Shown: in pieces, positions 16,947 to 27,519 of the stretch
Layout of the letters: the number at the start of each line of letters is the position of its first letter
Position numbering within the stretch: position 1 is the first letter of the stretch
Assembly (NCBI RefSeq): GCF_016903815.1
Contig: NZ_CP069973.1
Source of the DNA: Escherichia coli
Lineage (GTDB): Bacteria; Pseudomonadota; Gammaproteobacteria; Enterobacterales; Enterobacteriaceae
Strand: one strand, 5' to 3'
Length of the DNA stretch: 64,000 nt
Translations under genes and position numbers: made by a program
Notes under the pieces: model-generated
The model's input: the letters and a program-made list of their open reading frames with translations, nothing else
Told to the model about the DNA's origin: nothing
Databases searched by the model: none

Positions 16947-16994
16947 ATGAAACACACACCGTTTTTCTTCGCATTCTTTTTTACCTTCCCCTGA
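16947..16994 (+). CDS. pheL: pheA leader peptide
   Basis: ATG 16947 encodes MKHTPFFFAFFFTFP followed by a stop. Seven Phe in 15 codons is the classic attenuation leader. Confidence 0.92.
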   Translation: MKHTPFFFAFFFTFP

Positions 16995-17042
16995 ATGGGA
17001 GGCGTTTCGTCGTGTGAAACAGAATGCGAAGACGAACAATAA

Positions 17043-17069
17043 GGCCTCCCAAATCGGGGGGCCTTTTTT
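17043..17069 (+). terminator. pheA attenuator terminator
   Basis: The sequence is GGCCTCCC-AAATC-GGGGGGCC followed by TTTTTT, between pheL and pheA. Confidence 0.85.
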
Positions 17070-17092
17070 ATTGATAACAAAAAGGCAACACT

Positions 17093-18253
17093 ATGACATC
17101 GGAAAATCCATTACTGGCGCTGCGAGAGAAAATCAGCGCGCTGGATGAAAAATTATTAGCATTACTGGCAGAGCGGCGCGAACTGGCCGTCGAGGTGGGA
17201 AAAGCCAAACTGCTCTCGCATCGCCAGGTACGTGATATTGATCGTGAACGCGATTTACTGGAAAGATTAATTACGCTCGGTAAAGCGCACCATCTGGACG
17301 CCCATTACATTACTCGCCTGTTCCAGCTCATCATTGAAGATTCCGTATTAACTCAGCAGGCTTTGCTCCAGCAACATCTCAATAAAATTAATCCGTACTC
17401 AGCACGCATCGCTTTTCTCGGCCCCAAAGGTTCTTATTCCCATCTTGCGGCGCGCCAGTATGCTGCCCGTCACTTTGAGCAATTCATTGAAAGTGGCTGC
17501 GCCAAATTTGCCGATATTTTTAATCAGGTGGAAACCGGCCAGGCCGACTATGCCGTCGTACCGATTGAAAATACCAGCTCCGGTGCCATAAATGACGTTT
17601 ACGATCTGCTGCAACATACCAGTTTGTCGATTGTTGGCGAGATGACGTTAACTATCGACCATTGTTTGTTGGTCTCCGGCACTACTGATTTATCCACCAT
17701 CAATACGGTCTACAGCCATCCGCAGCCATTCCAGCAATGCAGCAAATTCCTTAATCGTTATCCGCACTGGAAGATTGAATATACCGAAAGTACGTCTGCG
17801 GCAATGGAAAAGGTTGCACAGGCAAAATCACCGCATGTTGCTGCGTTGGGAAGCGAAGCTGGCGGCACTTTGTACGGTTTGCAGGTACTGGAGCGTATTG
17901 AAGCGAATCAGCGACAAAACTTCACCCGATTTGTGGTGTTGGCACGTAAAGCCATTAACGTGTCTGACCAGGTTCCAGCGAAAACGACGTTGTTAATGGC
18001 GACCGGGCAACAAGCTGGTGCGCTGGTTGAAGCGTTGCTGGTACTGCGCAACCACAATCTGATTATGACCCGTCTGGAGTCACGCCCGATTCACGGTAAT
18101 CCATGGGAAGAGATGTTTTATCTGGATATTCAGGCCAATCTTGAATCAGCGGAAATGCAAAAAGCATTGAAAGAGTTAGGGGACATCACCCGTTCGATGA
18201 AGGTATTGGGCTGTTACCCAAGTGAGAACGTAGTGCCTGTTGATCCAACCTGA
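17093..18253 (+). CDS. pheA: Chorismate mutase / prephenate dehydratase
   Basis: The 386-aa product [32 protein letters not shown]... is recognised as the P-protein. Confidence 0.96.
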   Translation: MTSENPLLALREKISALDEKLLALLAERRELAVEVGKAKLLSHRQVRDIDRERDLLERLITLGKAHHLDAHYITRLFQLIIEDSVLTQQALLQQHLNKINPYSARIAFLGPKGSYSHLAARQYAARHFEQFIESGCAKFADIFNQVETGQADYAVVPIENTSSGAINDVYDLLQHTSLSIVGEMTLTIDHCLLVSGTTDLSTINTVYSHPQPFQQCSKFLNRYPHWKIEYTESTSAAMEKVAQAKSPHVAALGSEAGGTLYGLQVLERIEANQRQNFTRFVVLARKAINVSDQVPAKTTLLMATGQQAGALVEALLVLRNHNLIMTRLESRPIHGNPWEEMFYLDIQANLESAEMQKALKELGDITRSMKVLGCYPSENVVPVDPT

Positions 18254-18260
18254 TGAAAAG

Positions 18261-18288
18261 GTGCCGGATGATGTGAATCACCCGGCAC
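18261..18288. terminator. Bidirectional terminator between convergent pheA and tyrA
   Basis: The stems GTGCCGG (18261-18267) and CCGGCAC (18282-18288) pair between the two stop codons. Confidence 0.55.
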
Positions 18289-18295
18289 TGGATTA

Positions 18296-19417
18296 TTAGT
18301 GGCGGTTGTCATTCGCCTGACGCAATAACACGCGGCTTTCACTCTGAAAACGCTGTGCGTAATCGCCGAACCAGTGCTCCACCTTGCGGAAACTGTCAAT
18401 AAACGCCTGCTTATCGCCCTGCTCCAGCAACTCAATCGCCTCGCCGAAACGCTTATAGTAACGTTTGATTAACGCCAGATTACGCTCTGACGACATAATA
18501 ATGTCGGCATAAAGCTGCGGATCCTGAGCAAACAGTCGCCCAACCATCGCCAGTTCAAGGCGGTAAATCGGCGAAGAGAGCGCCAGAAGTTGCTCAAGCT
18601 GAACATTTTCTTCTGCCAGGTGCAGCCCATAAGCAAAAGTAGCAAAGTGGCGCAGAGCCTGAATAAACGCCATATTCTGATCGTGCTCGACAGCGCTAAT
18701 ACGATGCAGCCGAGCGCCCCAGACCTGAATTTGCTCCAGAAACCATTGGTATGCTTCCGGCTTACGTCCATCACACCAGACCACAACTTGCTTTGCCAGG
18801 CTACCGCTGTCCGGACCGAACATCGGGTGTAGCCCCAGCACCGGACCATCATGCGCCGCCAGCATGGCCTGTAATGGCCCATTTTTCACTGATGCCAGAT
18901 CGACCAGAATACAATCTTTCGGTAAAGGCGGTAATTTGCCGATAACTTGCTCAGTAACGTGGATTGGCACACTAACAATCACCATTCCGGCATCGGCAAC
19001 AATATCAGCCGCTCGATCCCAGTCATGTTGCTCCAGAATCCGCACCTGATAACCCGATAGTGTCAGCATCTTCTCGAACAGGCGTCCCATCTGACCGCCA
19101 CCGCCGACGATAACCACCGGACGCAGTGACGGACAAAGTGTTTTAAATCCTTTGTCATTTTCACTGGAGTAAGATTCACGCATCACCCGACGCAAAACAT
19201 CCTCAATCAGATCTGGCGGTACACCCAGAGCTTCCGCCTCTGCACGACGCGAGGCCAACATAGATGCCTCGCGCTCCGGCACATAAATAGGCAGTCCAAA
19301 GCGGCTTTTCACCTCGCCCACTTCAGCAACCAGTTCCAGACGCTTCGCTAATAAATTCAGCAGCGCTTTATCGACTTCATCAATTTGATCGCGTAATGCG
19401 GTCAACTCAGCAACCAT
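18296..19417 (-). CDS. tyrA: Chorismate mutase / prephenate dehydrogenase
   Basis: The 373-aa product [30 protein letters not shown]... is recognised as the T-protein. Confidence 0.96.
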   Translation of the reverse strand: MVAELTALRDQIDEVDKALLNLLAKRLELVAEVGEVKSRFGLPIYVPEREASMLASRRAEAEALGVPPDLIEDVLRRVMRESYSSENDKGFKTLCPSLRPVVIVGGGGQMGRLFEKMLTLSGYQVRILEQHDWDRAADIVADAGMVIVSVPIHVTEQVIGKLPPLPKDCILVDLASVKNGPLQAMLAAHDGPVLGLHPMFGPDSGSLAKQVVVWCDGRKPEAYQWFLEQIQVWGARLHRISAVEHDQNMAFIQALRHFATFAYGLHLAEENVQLEQLLALSSPIYRLELAMVGRLFAQDPQLYADIIMSSERNLALIKRYYKRFGEAIELLEQGDKQAFIDSFRKVEHWFGDYAQRFQSESRVLLRQANDNRH

Positions 19418-19427
19418 AATAAACCTC

Positions 19428-20498
19428 TTAAGCCACGCGAGCCGTCAGCTGCCCGTTCAGATCCTGATGAATTTCACGCAGCAAGGCATCGGTCATTTCC
19501 CAACTAATGCAGGCATCGGTTACGGATACACCGTATTTCATTTCACTGCGCGGTTGCTCGGAAGACTGATTGCCCTCGTGGATATTACTTTCGATCATCA
19601 GACCAATAATTGAGCGATTGCCATCTTTGATTTGAGCAACCACGGATTCTGCCACCGCAGGCTGACGGCGATAATCTTTATTGGAATTACCGTGGCTGCA
19701 ATCTACCATCAGAGACGGGCGCAGTCCCGCCTGTTCCATCTCTTTTTCACATTGCGCAACATCCGCAGGGCTATAGTTCGGCGCTTTACCACCGCGCAGG
19801 ATCACATGCCCGTCCGGATTCCCCTGAGTTTGTAGCAACGCCACCTGCCCTGCCTGGTTAATGCCAACAAAACGGTGCGGCTGGGCGGCGGCGCGCATAG
19901 CGTTAATTGCTGTTGCCAGACTGCCGTCGGTGCCGTTTTTAAAACCAACCGGCATGGAAAGCCCGGAGGCCATTTCACGGTGAGTTTGCGATTCCGTTGT
20001 ACGAGCACCAATTGCTGACCAGCTAAACAGATCGCCCAGGTATTGCGGGCTATTTGGATCTAACGCTTCCGTCGCCAGTGGCAGTCCCATATTCACCAGC
20101 TCAAGCAGCAATTTACGCGCGATCTGCAGCCCGGCTTCTACATCAAAAGAGCCATCCATATGGGGATCGTTAATCAACCCTTTCCAACCGACAGTGGTAC
20201 GGGGTTTTTCAAAATAGACGCGCATTACCAGATAGAGGCTATCGCTGACCTCTGCGGCAAGGGCTTTAAATCGACGAGCATATTCCAGAGCAGTTTCCGG
20301 ATCATGAATGGAACAAGGACCACATACTACCAACAGACGAGGATCGCGCCCGGCGATAATATCTGAAATGGTTTTACGCGAGTCAGCAATCTGGGCTTCT
20401 TGTTGCAGGCTTAATGGAAAAGCGGCCTTCAGTTGTTCCGGAGTCATTAAAACCTGTTCGTCGGTAATATGTACGTTATTCAGCGCGTCTTTTTGCAT
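19428..20498 (-). CDS. aroF: DAHP synthase, Tyr-sensitive
   Basis: The translation from [30 protein letters not shown] gives 356 aa. The ORF-track start at 20567 is an over-extension. Confidence 0.95.
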   Translation of the reverse strand: MQKDALNNVHITDEQVLMTPEQLKAAFPLSLQQEAQIADSRKTISDIIAGRDPRLLVVCGPCSIHDPETALEYARRFKALAAEVSDSLYLVMRVYFEKPRTTVGWKGLINDPHMDGSFDVEAGLQIARKLLLELVNMGLPLATEALDPNSPQYLGDLFSWSAIGARTTESQTHREMASGLSMPVGFKNGTDGSLATAINAMRAAAQPHRFVGINQAGQVALLQTQGNPDGHVILRGGKAPNYSPADVAQCEKEMEQAGLRPSLMVDCSHGNSNKDYRRQPAVAESVVAQIKDGNRSIIGLMIESNIHEGNQSSEQPRSEMKYGVSVTDACISWEMTDALLREIHQDLNGQLTARVA

Positions 20499-20592
20499 GA
20501 TGGCGATCCTGTTTATGCTCGTTTGCGATAGTTGATCCTCAGCGAGGATGACGTAACGATAACACATAAAGTAAAGTTTTCAATCCATATTT

Positions 20593-20610
20593 CGTACATT
20601 TTTATTTACA
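20593..20610. promoter_or_regulatory. TyrR box upstream of aroF
   Basis: CGTACATTTTTATTTACA matches the TGTAAA-N6-TTTACA consensus, with the right half perfect. Confidence 0.6.
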
Positions 20611-20644
20611 CAAGCAATTTATTCGCGCTTTTGACGCTTATTTT

Positions 20645-20662
20645 CGTACAAATAAATTTACA
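20645..20662. promoter_or_regulatory. TyrR box upstream of aroF
   Basis: CGTACAAATAAATTTACA matches the TGTAAA-N6-TTTACA consensus. Confidence 0.6.
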
Positions 20663-20707
20663 CCTCCTTTAAAAACAATCCGCTATGCTTTGAAAAAGGA
20701 GAAAGAA

Positions 20708-21073
20708 ATGATGAAAAAGTTTATTGCCCCCTTGTTGGCTTTACTGGTTAGCGGATGTCAGATTGATCCTTATACTCACGCGCCAACCTTGACCAGCACC
20801 GACTGGTATGATGTCGGTATGGAAGATGCGATATCGGGCAGCACCATAAAAGATGACGATGCATTTAGCGATTCACAGGCGGATCGCGGTCTATACCTTA
20901 AAGGATATGCCGAAGGACAAAAGAAAACTTGTCAGACCGATTTTACTTATGCCCGAGGACTTTCCGGTAAAAGCTTTCCTGCCAGCTGCAACAATGTTGA
21001 AAATGCCAGCCAACTGCATGAAGTATGGCAAAAAGGGGCTGATGAAAATGCCAGCACAATACGATTAAATTAA
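20708..21073 (+). CDS. yfiL: Lipoprotein YfiL
   Basis: AAGGAG precedes ATG 20708. The product MMKKFIAPLLALLVSGCQ has a lipobox and is 121 aa. Confidence 0.85.
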   Translation: MMKKFIAPLLALLVSGCQIDPYTHAPTLTSTDWYDVGMEDAISGSTIKDDDAFSDSQADRGLYLKGYAEGQKKTCQTDFTYARGLSGKSFPASCNNVENASQLHEVWQKGADENASTIRLN

Positions 21074-21222
21074 TTAAACCCCCGCAAATAAATTAAGCAT
21101 GAGATTTTGCTCATTGTGTTTTATTTCTCACATTGATGACGACCGCATGAAAGAATGATATTTTAATGAGCATTCTGAAAAAATATCGATGCATTTCGAG
21201 CGAAGATGGTGAGGATCCCTGA

Positions 21223-21741
21223 ATGCGTTTTTCTCACCGACTGTTCTTACTGCTGATTCTCCTGCTGACGGGAGCACCAATACTCGCTCAGGAACCTTCT
21301 GACGTTGCGAAAAACGTGCGTATGATGGTTTCCGGTATTGTCAGTTACACCCGCTGGCCTGCGCTATCAGGGCCACCAAAGTTATGTATCTTTTCATCTT
21401 CACGTTTTAGTACCGCCCTACAAGAGAATGCCGCGACATCTTTGCCTTATCTGCCTGTCATCATTCACACTCAACAAGAGGCGATGATTTCAGGCTGCAA
21501 TGGTTTTTATTTTGGCAACGAGTCACCGACATTCCAGATGGAATTAACCGAACAATATCCGTCAAGGGCGTTATTATTAATTGCCGAACAAAATACCGAG
21601 TGCATTATTGGTAGCGCCTTTTGTCTGATCATCCACAATAATGACGTCAGATTTGCCGTAAACCTGGATGCCTTATCGCGTAGCGGAGTAAAGGTCAACC
21701 CGGATGTCTTAATGCTCGCACGGAAGAAAAATGATGGATAA
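21223..21741 (+). CDS. yfiR: Periplasmic repressor of DgcN (YfiR)
   Basis: The 172-aa product has a signal peptide and is first in the yfiRNB operon. Confidence 0.88.
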   Translation: MRFSHRLFLLLILLLTGAPILAQEPSDVAKNVRMMVSGIVSYTRWPALSGPPKLCIFSSSRFSTALQENAATSLPYLPVIIHTQQEAMISGCNGFYFGNESPTFQMELTEQYPSRALLLIAEQNTECIIGSAFCLIIHNNDVRFAVNLDALSRSGVKVNPDVLMLARKKNDG

Positions 21742-22957
21742 CGATAATTCTCTTAATAAGCGCCCCACGTTTAAAAGAGCATTACGCAACATCAGTATGA
21801 CCAGCATATTTATCACTATGATGCTGATCTGGTTGCTGCTTTCCGTGACCTCGGTGCTGACCCTGAAACAGTACGCGCAAAAAAACCTGGCACTGACAGC
21901 AGCAACAATGACTTACAGTCTGGAAGCAGCGGTCGTTTTTGCCGATGGCTCTGCAGCAACTGAAACACTGGCAGCGCTGGGGCAGCAAGGCCAATTTTCA
22001 ACTGCAGAAGTGCGTGATAAGCAGCAAAATATTCTGGCATCCTGGCATTACACCCGTAAGGATCCAGGCGATACTTTCAGTAATTTCATAAGCCACTGGC
22101 TCTTCCCTGCCCCCATCGTTCAGCCGATTCGTCACAATGGTGAAACCATTGGCGAAGTTCGCTTAACCGCTCGCGACAGTTCAATCAGCCATTTCATCTG
22201 GTTTTCGCTCGCTGTCCTGACCGCCTGCATTCTGCTGGCATCAGGCATCGCAATTACCCTCACCCGCCATTTGCACAAGGGTCTGGTTGAAGCGTTAAAA
22301 AACATCACCGATGTCGTACATGATGTGCGTTCCAACCGCAATTTTTCCCGACGAGTTTCGGAAGAACGTATCGCAGAGTTTCACCGCTTCGCTCTCGACT
22401 TCAACAGTCTGCTGGATGAAATGGAAGAGTGGCAGCTTCGTTTACAGGCCAAAAATGCGCAGCTTCTACGTACCGCACTACATGACCCATTAACCGGGCT
22501 GGCTAACCGCGCAGCGTTTCGTAGCGGTATCAACACGTTGATGAACAGTTCCGATGCCCGAAAAACGTCGGCGTTACTATTTCTTGATGGCGATAATTTC
22601 AAATATATCAATGATACCTGGGGTCATGCGACGGGCGATAGAGTCTTGATTGAAATCGCAAAACGGTTAGCTGAATTTGGCGGGCTGCAACATAAAGCAT
22701 ACCGCCTGGGCGGCGATGAATTCGCGATGGTGCTCTATGATGTACAGTCGGAATCTGAAGTGCAGCAGATATGCTCAGCACTGACACAAATCTTTAATCG
22801 CCCGTTTGATCTTCATAATGGCCATCAGACCACCATGACATTAAGCATTGGTTACGCAATGACCATTGCGCACGCTTCTGCGGAAAAATTACAAGAGCTG
22901 GCCGATCACAATATGTATCAGGCCAAACACCAGCGTGCCGAAAAGCTGGTGAGATAA
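21731..22957 (+). CDS. dgcN: Diguanylate cyclase DgcN (YfiN), membrane-bound GGDEF
   Basis: The 408-aa product has TM segments, a HAMP-like region, and GGDEF ([11 protein letters not shown]). Confidence 0.92.
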   Translation: MMDNDNSLNKRPTFKRALRNISMTSIFITMMLIWLLLSVTSVLTLKQYAQKNLALTAATMTYSLEAAVVFADGSAATETLAALGQQGQFSTAEVRDKQQNILASWHYTRKDPGDTFSNFISHWLFPAPIVQPIRHNGETIGEVRLTARDSSISHFIWFSLAVLTACILLASGIAITLTRHLHKGLVEALKNITDVVHDVRSNRNFSRRVSEERIAEFHRFALDFNSLLDEMEEWQLRLQAKNAQLLRTALHDPLTGLANRAAFRSGINTLMNSSDARKTSALLFLDGDNFKYINDTWGHATGDRVLIEIAKRLAEFGGLQHKAYRLGGDEFAMVLYDVQSESEVQQICSALTQIFNRPFDLHNGHQTTMTLSIGYAMTIAHASAEKLQELADHNMYQAKHQRAEKLVR

Positions 22958-22972
22958 CAAGGATATATCGAT

Positions 22973-23455
22973 ATGATAAAGCACCTGGTAGCACCCCTGA
23001 TTTTCACCTCGCTAGTACTGACTGGCTGCCAGTCCCCTCAGGGAAAGTTTACTCCTGAGCAAGTCGTCGCTATGCAATCTTATGGATTTACTGAATCCGC
23101 CGGCGACTGGTCGCTGGGCTTATCAGATGCCATTCTGTTCGCAAAAAATGACTACAAATTGCTCCCGGAAAGCCAGCAACAGATCCAAACCATGGCAGCC
23201 AAATTGGCCTCGACAGGGCTAACACATGCCCGTATGGATGGACACACCGATAACTATGGTGAAGACAGTTACAACGAAGGCTTATCATTGAAACGGGCGA
23301 ATGTCGTGGCCGATGCATGGGCTATGGGTGGAAAAATTCCACGCAGCAATCTCACCACACAGGGTTTAGGAAAAAAATATCCCATAGCCAGTAACAAGAC
23401 CGCCCAGGGCCGCGCCGAGAACCGCCGCGTCGCAGTGGTGATTACAACCCCTTAA
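22973..23455 (+). CDS. yfiB: OmpA-family lipoprotein YfiB
   Basis: The 160-aa product has the lipobox LVLTGCQ and an OmpA-like C-terminal domain (NRRVAVVI). Confidence 0.92.
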   Translation: MIKHLVAPLIFTSLVLTGCQSPQGKFTPEQVVAMQSYGFTESAGDWSLGLSDAILFAKNDYKLLPESQQQIQTMAAKLASTGLTHARMDGHTDNYGEDSYNEGLSLKRANVVADAWAMGGKIPRSNLTTQGLGKKYPIASNKTAQGRAENRRVAVVITTP

Positions 23456-23471
23456 AACACGAGCAAACAGA

Positions 23472-23505
23472 CAAAAAAAGGGCCAGCCAATTGGCCAGCC
23501 CTTCT
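23472..23505. terminator. Imperfect bidirectional hairpin (yfiB terminator; likely the original rplS-operon terminator)
   Basis: A7-GGGCCAGCC-AATT-GGCCAGCCC-TTCTT forms 7 of 9 stem pairs by hand. A T-run follows when it is read on the minus strand. Confidence 0.5.
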
Positions 23506-23533
23506 TAACAGGATGTCGCTTAAGCGAAATCTT

Positions 23534-23546
23534 AGTTAAGACGCTC
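23534..23546. repeat. attL core (AGTTAAGACGCTC)
   Basis: An identical 13-mer recurs at 55387-55399, overlapping the rplS stop region. Confidence 0.8.
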
Positions 23547-23627
23547 CTATTAACACCCCGCAACAAACAAACGCTTACCATATAAAACAATTAGTTAAAG
23601 TAATTTTTAATGCAATGAATTGCAGTG

Positions 23628-24677
23628 TTATGCAACCTCTGCCGCCATATTGTCGCCAACATACAGCGATAACGGATTAAGGGTTACAGCTTGTTCAAGG
23701 TGGTCAGGAGCAAAGTGTGCATACTTCATTGTTTCTCGAATATTGGCATGCCCGAGAATTTTCTGCAGTACCAGTATATTCCCGCCGTTCATCATAAAAT
23801 GCGCACCAAAAGTATGACGCAAAACGTGCGTCTTCTGCCCTTCCGTCAATTCAATATTCGTTAGTTTGAGCATCTTCTTAAACTCCTGATAGCAGGGTTT
23901 AAACATTCTGCCTTGACGTACGGACAACTCGTCGTACAGCCATTTAGGAATAGGAACTGTGCGATTCTTCTTACCTTTGGTTTTGGTGAACGTCAGTTTA
24001 TATGGAGAAAGTTGAGGGCGGGTCAATCTCTCCGCTTCCCCCCATCGAGCGCCGGTTGCAAGGCACACCTTAACAATCATGGTGAGGTCTTCTTTGCCGT
24101 ATTGCTCGCAGGCTCGAAACAGCTCCGGGAGCTGAGACAAAGTTAGCCAGGACATTTCTTTCTCAGCCTCTTTGAATACTCGGATCCCATCAAGTGGATT
24201 GGGTAGGCTCCACTCCCCTAACCGGCGGAGCTCATTAAACACTGCTTCTAGGTATTGTTGTTCGCGATTGACGGTTATAGGTTTGGCGATCCATTTCGAG
24301 GGGTCTTTATGATAACCGTTGTCTATTTCACCACGTAATCGACGGTCACGATAATGAGCCCAGTCTTTCGCGGTAAGGCGAGATGCAATCGGGTCACCAA
24401 GCCCATTACATACGATTTGAAGCTTTGCTAACCTCGACTTACTGGCGACTAACGCTTGACCGTGCAAATTGTGCCAAAGCTGAATAATCTCGCTTAAGCG
24501 TCGGCGGTCTTCTTTCTTGCCAAGCCACGGCTTATCTTCACTCTCGCTTTTGGTAAATGCTTCGAATGCCTCGGCCTCACCTTTGGTATTGAATTGCCGA
24601 CGTATACGCCGCCCTTCTCGACCATTTGGATAGAGCTCGCATAACCATTTGCCATTTTTTTGCTTACTTACAGTCAT
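23628..24677 (-). CDS. int: Phage integrase (tyrosine recombinase), P2/186 Int family
   Basis: The 349-aa product has the C-terminal motif HVLRHTFGAHFMMNGGNILVLQKILGHANIRETMKYAH and is adjacent to attL. Confidence 0.93.
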   Translation of the reverse strand: MTVSKQKNGKWLCELYPNGREGRRIRRQFNTKGEAEAFEAFTKSESEDKPWLGKKEDRRRLSEIIQLWHNLHGQALVASKSRLAKLQIVCNGLGDPIASRLTAKDWAHYRDRRLRGEIDNGYHKDPSKWIAKPITVNREQQYLEAVFNELRRLGEWSLPNPLDGIRVFKEAEKEMSWLTLSQLPELFRACEQYGKEDLTMIVKVCLATGARWGEAERLTRPQLSPYKLTFTKTKGKKNRTVPIPKWLYDELSVRQGRMFKPCYQEFKKMLKLTNIELTEGQKTHVLRHTFGAHFMMNGGNILVLQKILGHANIRETMKYAHFAPDHLEQAVTLNPLSLYVGDNMAAEVA

Positions 24678-24699
24678 AATGTCACCGAGGCAACTCTAA

Positions 24700-25038
24700 T
24701 TATTCGCAAAGTGCTGTTGCGGCATCCATTACAGGATCCAAAGGAATTTTTACACCTGCATACTCTGGACTGTCTTTCCAAACAGCATCAATATTGCTCC
24801 CCTCAAGCTTTCCAGACTTTACTCCATCAATAGCAAAACCATTTAATGGGTATCGGTCATCAGTTGCTTTGTCGTATACAAAGGCATACTTACCGTTAAC
24901 GCAAGACACCGTAGCTTTTTCAAAAGTTAACGGCCAATCCTCACCAAACTTAGCGCCATCTAAATCCTGTGTTTTTTCAGCGGCTAAGGAGCCAAAAGAA
25001 AAGGTAAGAAGCATAGCTAAAAAGAGTTTACGTTTCAT
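24700..25038 (-). CDS. Secreted small protein, YebY/DUF2511-like (prophage cargo)
   Basis: The start at MKRKLFLAMLLTFSFGSLAAE provides a signal peptide. The mature part resembles my memory of YebY architecture (...ATVSCVNGKYAFV...YPLNG...LC). The upstream extension to 25110 would overlap cI. Confidence 0.55.
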   Translation of the reverse strand: MKRKLFLAMLLTFSFGSLAAEKTQDLDGAKFGEDWPLTFEKATVSCVNGKYAFVYDKATDDRYPLNGFAIDGVKSGKLEGSNIDAVWKDSPEYAGVKIPLDPVMDAATALCE

Positions 25039-25046
25039 AATTTCCC

Positions 25047-25907
25047 TTATACGTGTTTTTCCAATGTGAAAACTACAACCCCGGCAGGCGTAATGTCGGT
25101 AATGTTGCATTCAAACTCAGCAGACTTATTTGACAACCTGACTTTTCCACCAGGTAAACGAATTACATCAAAAACATCAAGAGCGCCGTCGATATCAATT
25201 AACCAGCGACCATTACTTATATTCGAAGCAGAACAGTCGACAAGCCAAGAGGCAGCTACACCGTCAACAAAAATCAATTCCCCTGAGTTAGAAGGAATCA
25301 TTGAGGGGTCAGGATGCCACGTTCCTGCATCCTTAAGCTCACCAGATTCAAGACGAGATTTTTTAATAGAAAAACCAGATGTGACATCTTCCCTGTTAGC
25401 TCGCATTTGCCCCTTGCCTGTTGCTAACCATTCCAGTGACGTATCGGTATCAAGAGCGCATGTAACAACAACATCACCAGGGAAAAAATCTCGCCTTACC
25501 CATGTGCTAATTGTGCCAGAGGAAATGCCGAGCAAATCACCGAGCTCCTTTTGCATGGTAAAGCCATACGCATCAAGAATCCTACGCAAAACGGTTTTAC
25601 CACCATTCGTCATAATCTCGTCATAAAGCTCTTTGCCTTTTAACTTGCAACTGGCTCGCTCGTGATTTGCATTTGCAAGCTCTCCATTTACAAGCCAATT
25701 GATATCAGCTCCCGTGTCAAGACAACACCTAACTATGACATTGCCAGGTATTGCATCACGCTGAACCCAGCCGCTAACGCTGTGTTTAGCGATACCTAGC
25801 AGGTCAGCCAAATCCTTTTGCATCTTGACCCCATAGGCTGACATTAAGCGTTCCAATACGCCGTTCGTTGCACTAACACGCCACTGAACATCAAGCTCAG
25901 AACTCAT
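25047..25907 (-). CDS. cI: 186-type CI immunity repressor with tandemly duplicated N-terminal HTH domain
   Basis: It is divergent from apl/cII. Two 60-aa segments (aa 17-76 and 106-165) are 31/60 identical by hand count. The C-terminal part resembles the 186 CI oligomerisation domain. Confidence 0.8.
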   Translation of the reverse strand: MSSELDVQWRVSATNGVLERLMSAYGVKMQKDLADLLGIAKHSVSGWVQRDAIPGNVIVRCCLDTGADINWLVNGELANANHERASCKLKGKELYDEIMTNGGKTVLRRILDAYGFTMQKELGDLLGISSGTISTWVRRDFFPGDVVVTCALDTDTSLEWLATGKGQMRANREDVTSGFSIKKSRLESGELKDAGTWHPDPSMIPSNSGELIFVDGVAASWLVDCSASNISNGRWLIDIDGALDVFDVIRLPGGKVRLSNKSAEFECNITDITPAGVVVFTLEKHV

Positions 25908-26028
25908 AAAACCCCCTACAGATAATTTTATGGGTGTTTACAGAAAACTTTTTACGATCTATAGTGGCATTCATCGACCAAGATGCACACCACTGCACTA
26001 CATTTCAAACAACAGGAGATAATGCGAT

Positions 26029-26400
26029 ATGTCAGATGCAAAATCAATCTCGACGCACGACTCGCAAAACTCACAAAATCAAACTGTGCTGCTAAATCCA
26101 ACACAGTTTGATGCCATCGTTACCGCCATGCTGCCAGCTCTACAGACAATGATTCGCTCCGCTATGTCAGACACGATGACTGTGAAAGACTTCGCCGCTA
26201 CTCGCGGTGTTAGCGAGCGTCTGGTCTGGCAATGGCTCGATGAGGGAGTCCTTCTCAAAGCTCCGACCAAAGACTTTTCCAACAAAGAGGAAGCTGCTAA
26301 ACGAAGCCGAACCCTCGTAAACGTAAAAGCATGGCGCGATAAGCTGACTCAACAAGCGATTGATTGTCGCTACATCGACCAGCGCACCGCTCTTAACTGA
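26029..26400 (+). CDS. Apl/Cox-like excisionase-transcriptional switch protein
   Basis: This is the first gene of the early rightward operon, opposite cI. An HTH-like segment (VKDFAATRGVSERLVWQWLDEG) is present. The start codon is uncertain. Confidence 0.6.
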   Translation: MSDAKSISTHDSQNSQNQTVLLNPTQFDAIVTAMLPALQTMIRSAMSDTMTVKDFAATRGVSERLVWQWLDEGVLLKAPTKDFSNKEEAAKRSRTLVNVKAWRDKLTQQAIDCRYIDQRTALN

Positions 26401-26432
26401 ATTTGATTATGCAAGTTAGAGGGAATTTAACC

Positions 26433-26942
26433 ATGTTTGATTTTCAGGTTTCCAAACATCCCCACTATGACGAAGCATGCCGCATTTTCGCACAGCGTCA
26501 CAACATGGCGAAGCTGGCCGAGCGTGCAGGTATGAACGTTCAAACGTTACGTAACAAGCTCAACCCGGAACAGCCTCACCAGTTCACGCCGTCTGAATTG
26601 TGGCTGCTGACTGACCTGACCGAAGACTCAACCCTCATTGATGGTTTTTTAGCGCAGATTCACTGCCTACCATGCGTGCCGGTTAATGAGTTGGCTAAAG
26701 ACAAATTGCAGTCTTATGTCATGCGCGCAATGCGTGAACTCGGCGAACTGGCGAGCGGCGCGGTATCTGATGAACGTCTGACCATTGCCCGTAAGCACAA
26801 CATGATTGAAAGCGTTAACTCCGGCATTCGCATGTTGTCATTGTCGGCTCTGGCGCTGCATGCACGTCTGCAGACTAATCCAGCTATGTCGAGCGTGGTC
26901 GATACCATGAGCGGTATTGGCGCATCGTTTGGTCTGATTTGA
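26433..26942 (+). CDS. cII: Phage 186-type CII lysogeny establishment activator
   Basis: MFDFQVSKHPHYDEACRIFAQRHNMAKLAERAGMNVQTLRNKLNPEQPHQF... is recognised as 186 CII (169 aa). Confidence 0.88.
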   Translation: MFDFQVSKHPHYDEACRIFAQRHNMAKLAERAGMNVQTLRNKLNPEQPHQFTPSELWLLTDLTEDSTLIDGFLAQIHCLPCVPVNELAKDKLQSYVMRAMRELGELASGAVSDERLTIARKHNMIESVNSGIRMLSLSALALHARLQTNPAMSSVVDTMSGIGASFGLI

Positions 26943-26949
26943 GGTGCGT

Positions 26950-27150
26950 ATGCTGAAAAGTGAACCGTCATTCGCATCTCTGCTCGTTAAGCAAAGCCCC
27001 GGCATGCACTACGGCCACGGCTGGATCGCAGGTAAGGACGGCAAGCGCTGGCACCCGAGCCACTCGCAGGCTGATTTACTGGCTGGCCTCTCTACTCAAA
27101 AGCGGGGGGGATCATGGCTATCGAAGCTGTTTCCGCGACTGTTCCGCTAA
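26950..27150 (+). CDS. fil: Fil-like (phage filamentation) protein
   Basis: MLKSEPSFASLLVKQSPGMHYGHGWIAGKDGKRWHP... matches my memory of the 186 Fil family and occupies the position after cII. Confidence 0.6.
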   Translation: MLKSEPSFASLLVKQSPGMHYGHGWIAGKDGKRWHPSHSQADLLAGLSTQKRGGSWLSKLFPRLFR

Positions 27151-27452
27151 AAGCGGGTGAACGTCTGGCCGGTCTCAATCATGTTGCCGAATTGCGCGCG
27201 AGATATTGGGGCGATAGCTGGAAAGAGGTTGAACGTTTTGTCGATGATATGCGCGATAAACGTGACCCACAATTTGAAGAAAATAATCGGGCGCTGGCCG
27301 CTATTTTCTTTCTGGCAAAAATACCGGCGGCTCGTCATGAACTCGAATTAAGTGAGCTGACTACTGACGAGAAAAAGGCGCTTATTACAGCGATGAATCA
27401 TTTTCGTGCAGTAGTGAGCTTATTTCCCAAACGGCTAACCATGCCGAATTAA
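27114..27452 (+). CDS. Hypothetical early-operon protein
   Basis: This 112-aa ORF is in the early operon, and its ATG overlaps the end of fil. No function is recognised. Confidence 0.55.
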   Translation: MAIEAVSATVPLKAGERLAGLNHVAELRARYWGDSWKEVERFVDDMRDKRDPQFEENNRALAAIFFLAKIPAARHELELSELTTDEKKALITAMNHFRAVVSLFPKRLTMPN

Positions 27453-27519
27453 TCCAAACAGAAATTTAATGGCGTAAACCCGCCGGGCATCTTATTGCCC
27501 GAAATCAGGAGAGTTAATT

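Noticed and set aside
27104-27110. A G7 homopolymer at the fil / next-ORF junction, considered as a possible slippage or phase-variation site or a sequencing frameshift.
   Set aside because: Both flanking ORFs are intact and overlap in the usual compact phage manner. There is no evidence of a disrupted frame, and a reference 186 alignment would be needed to say more.
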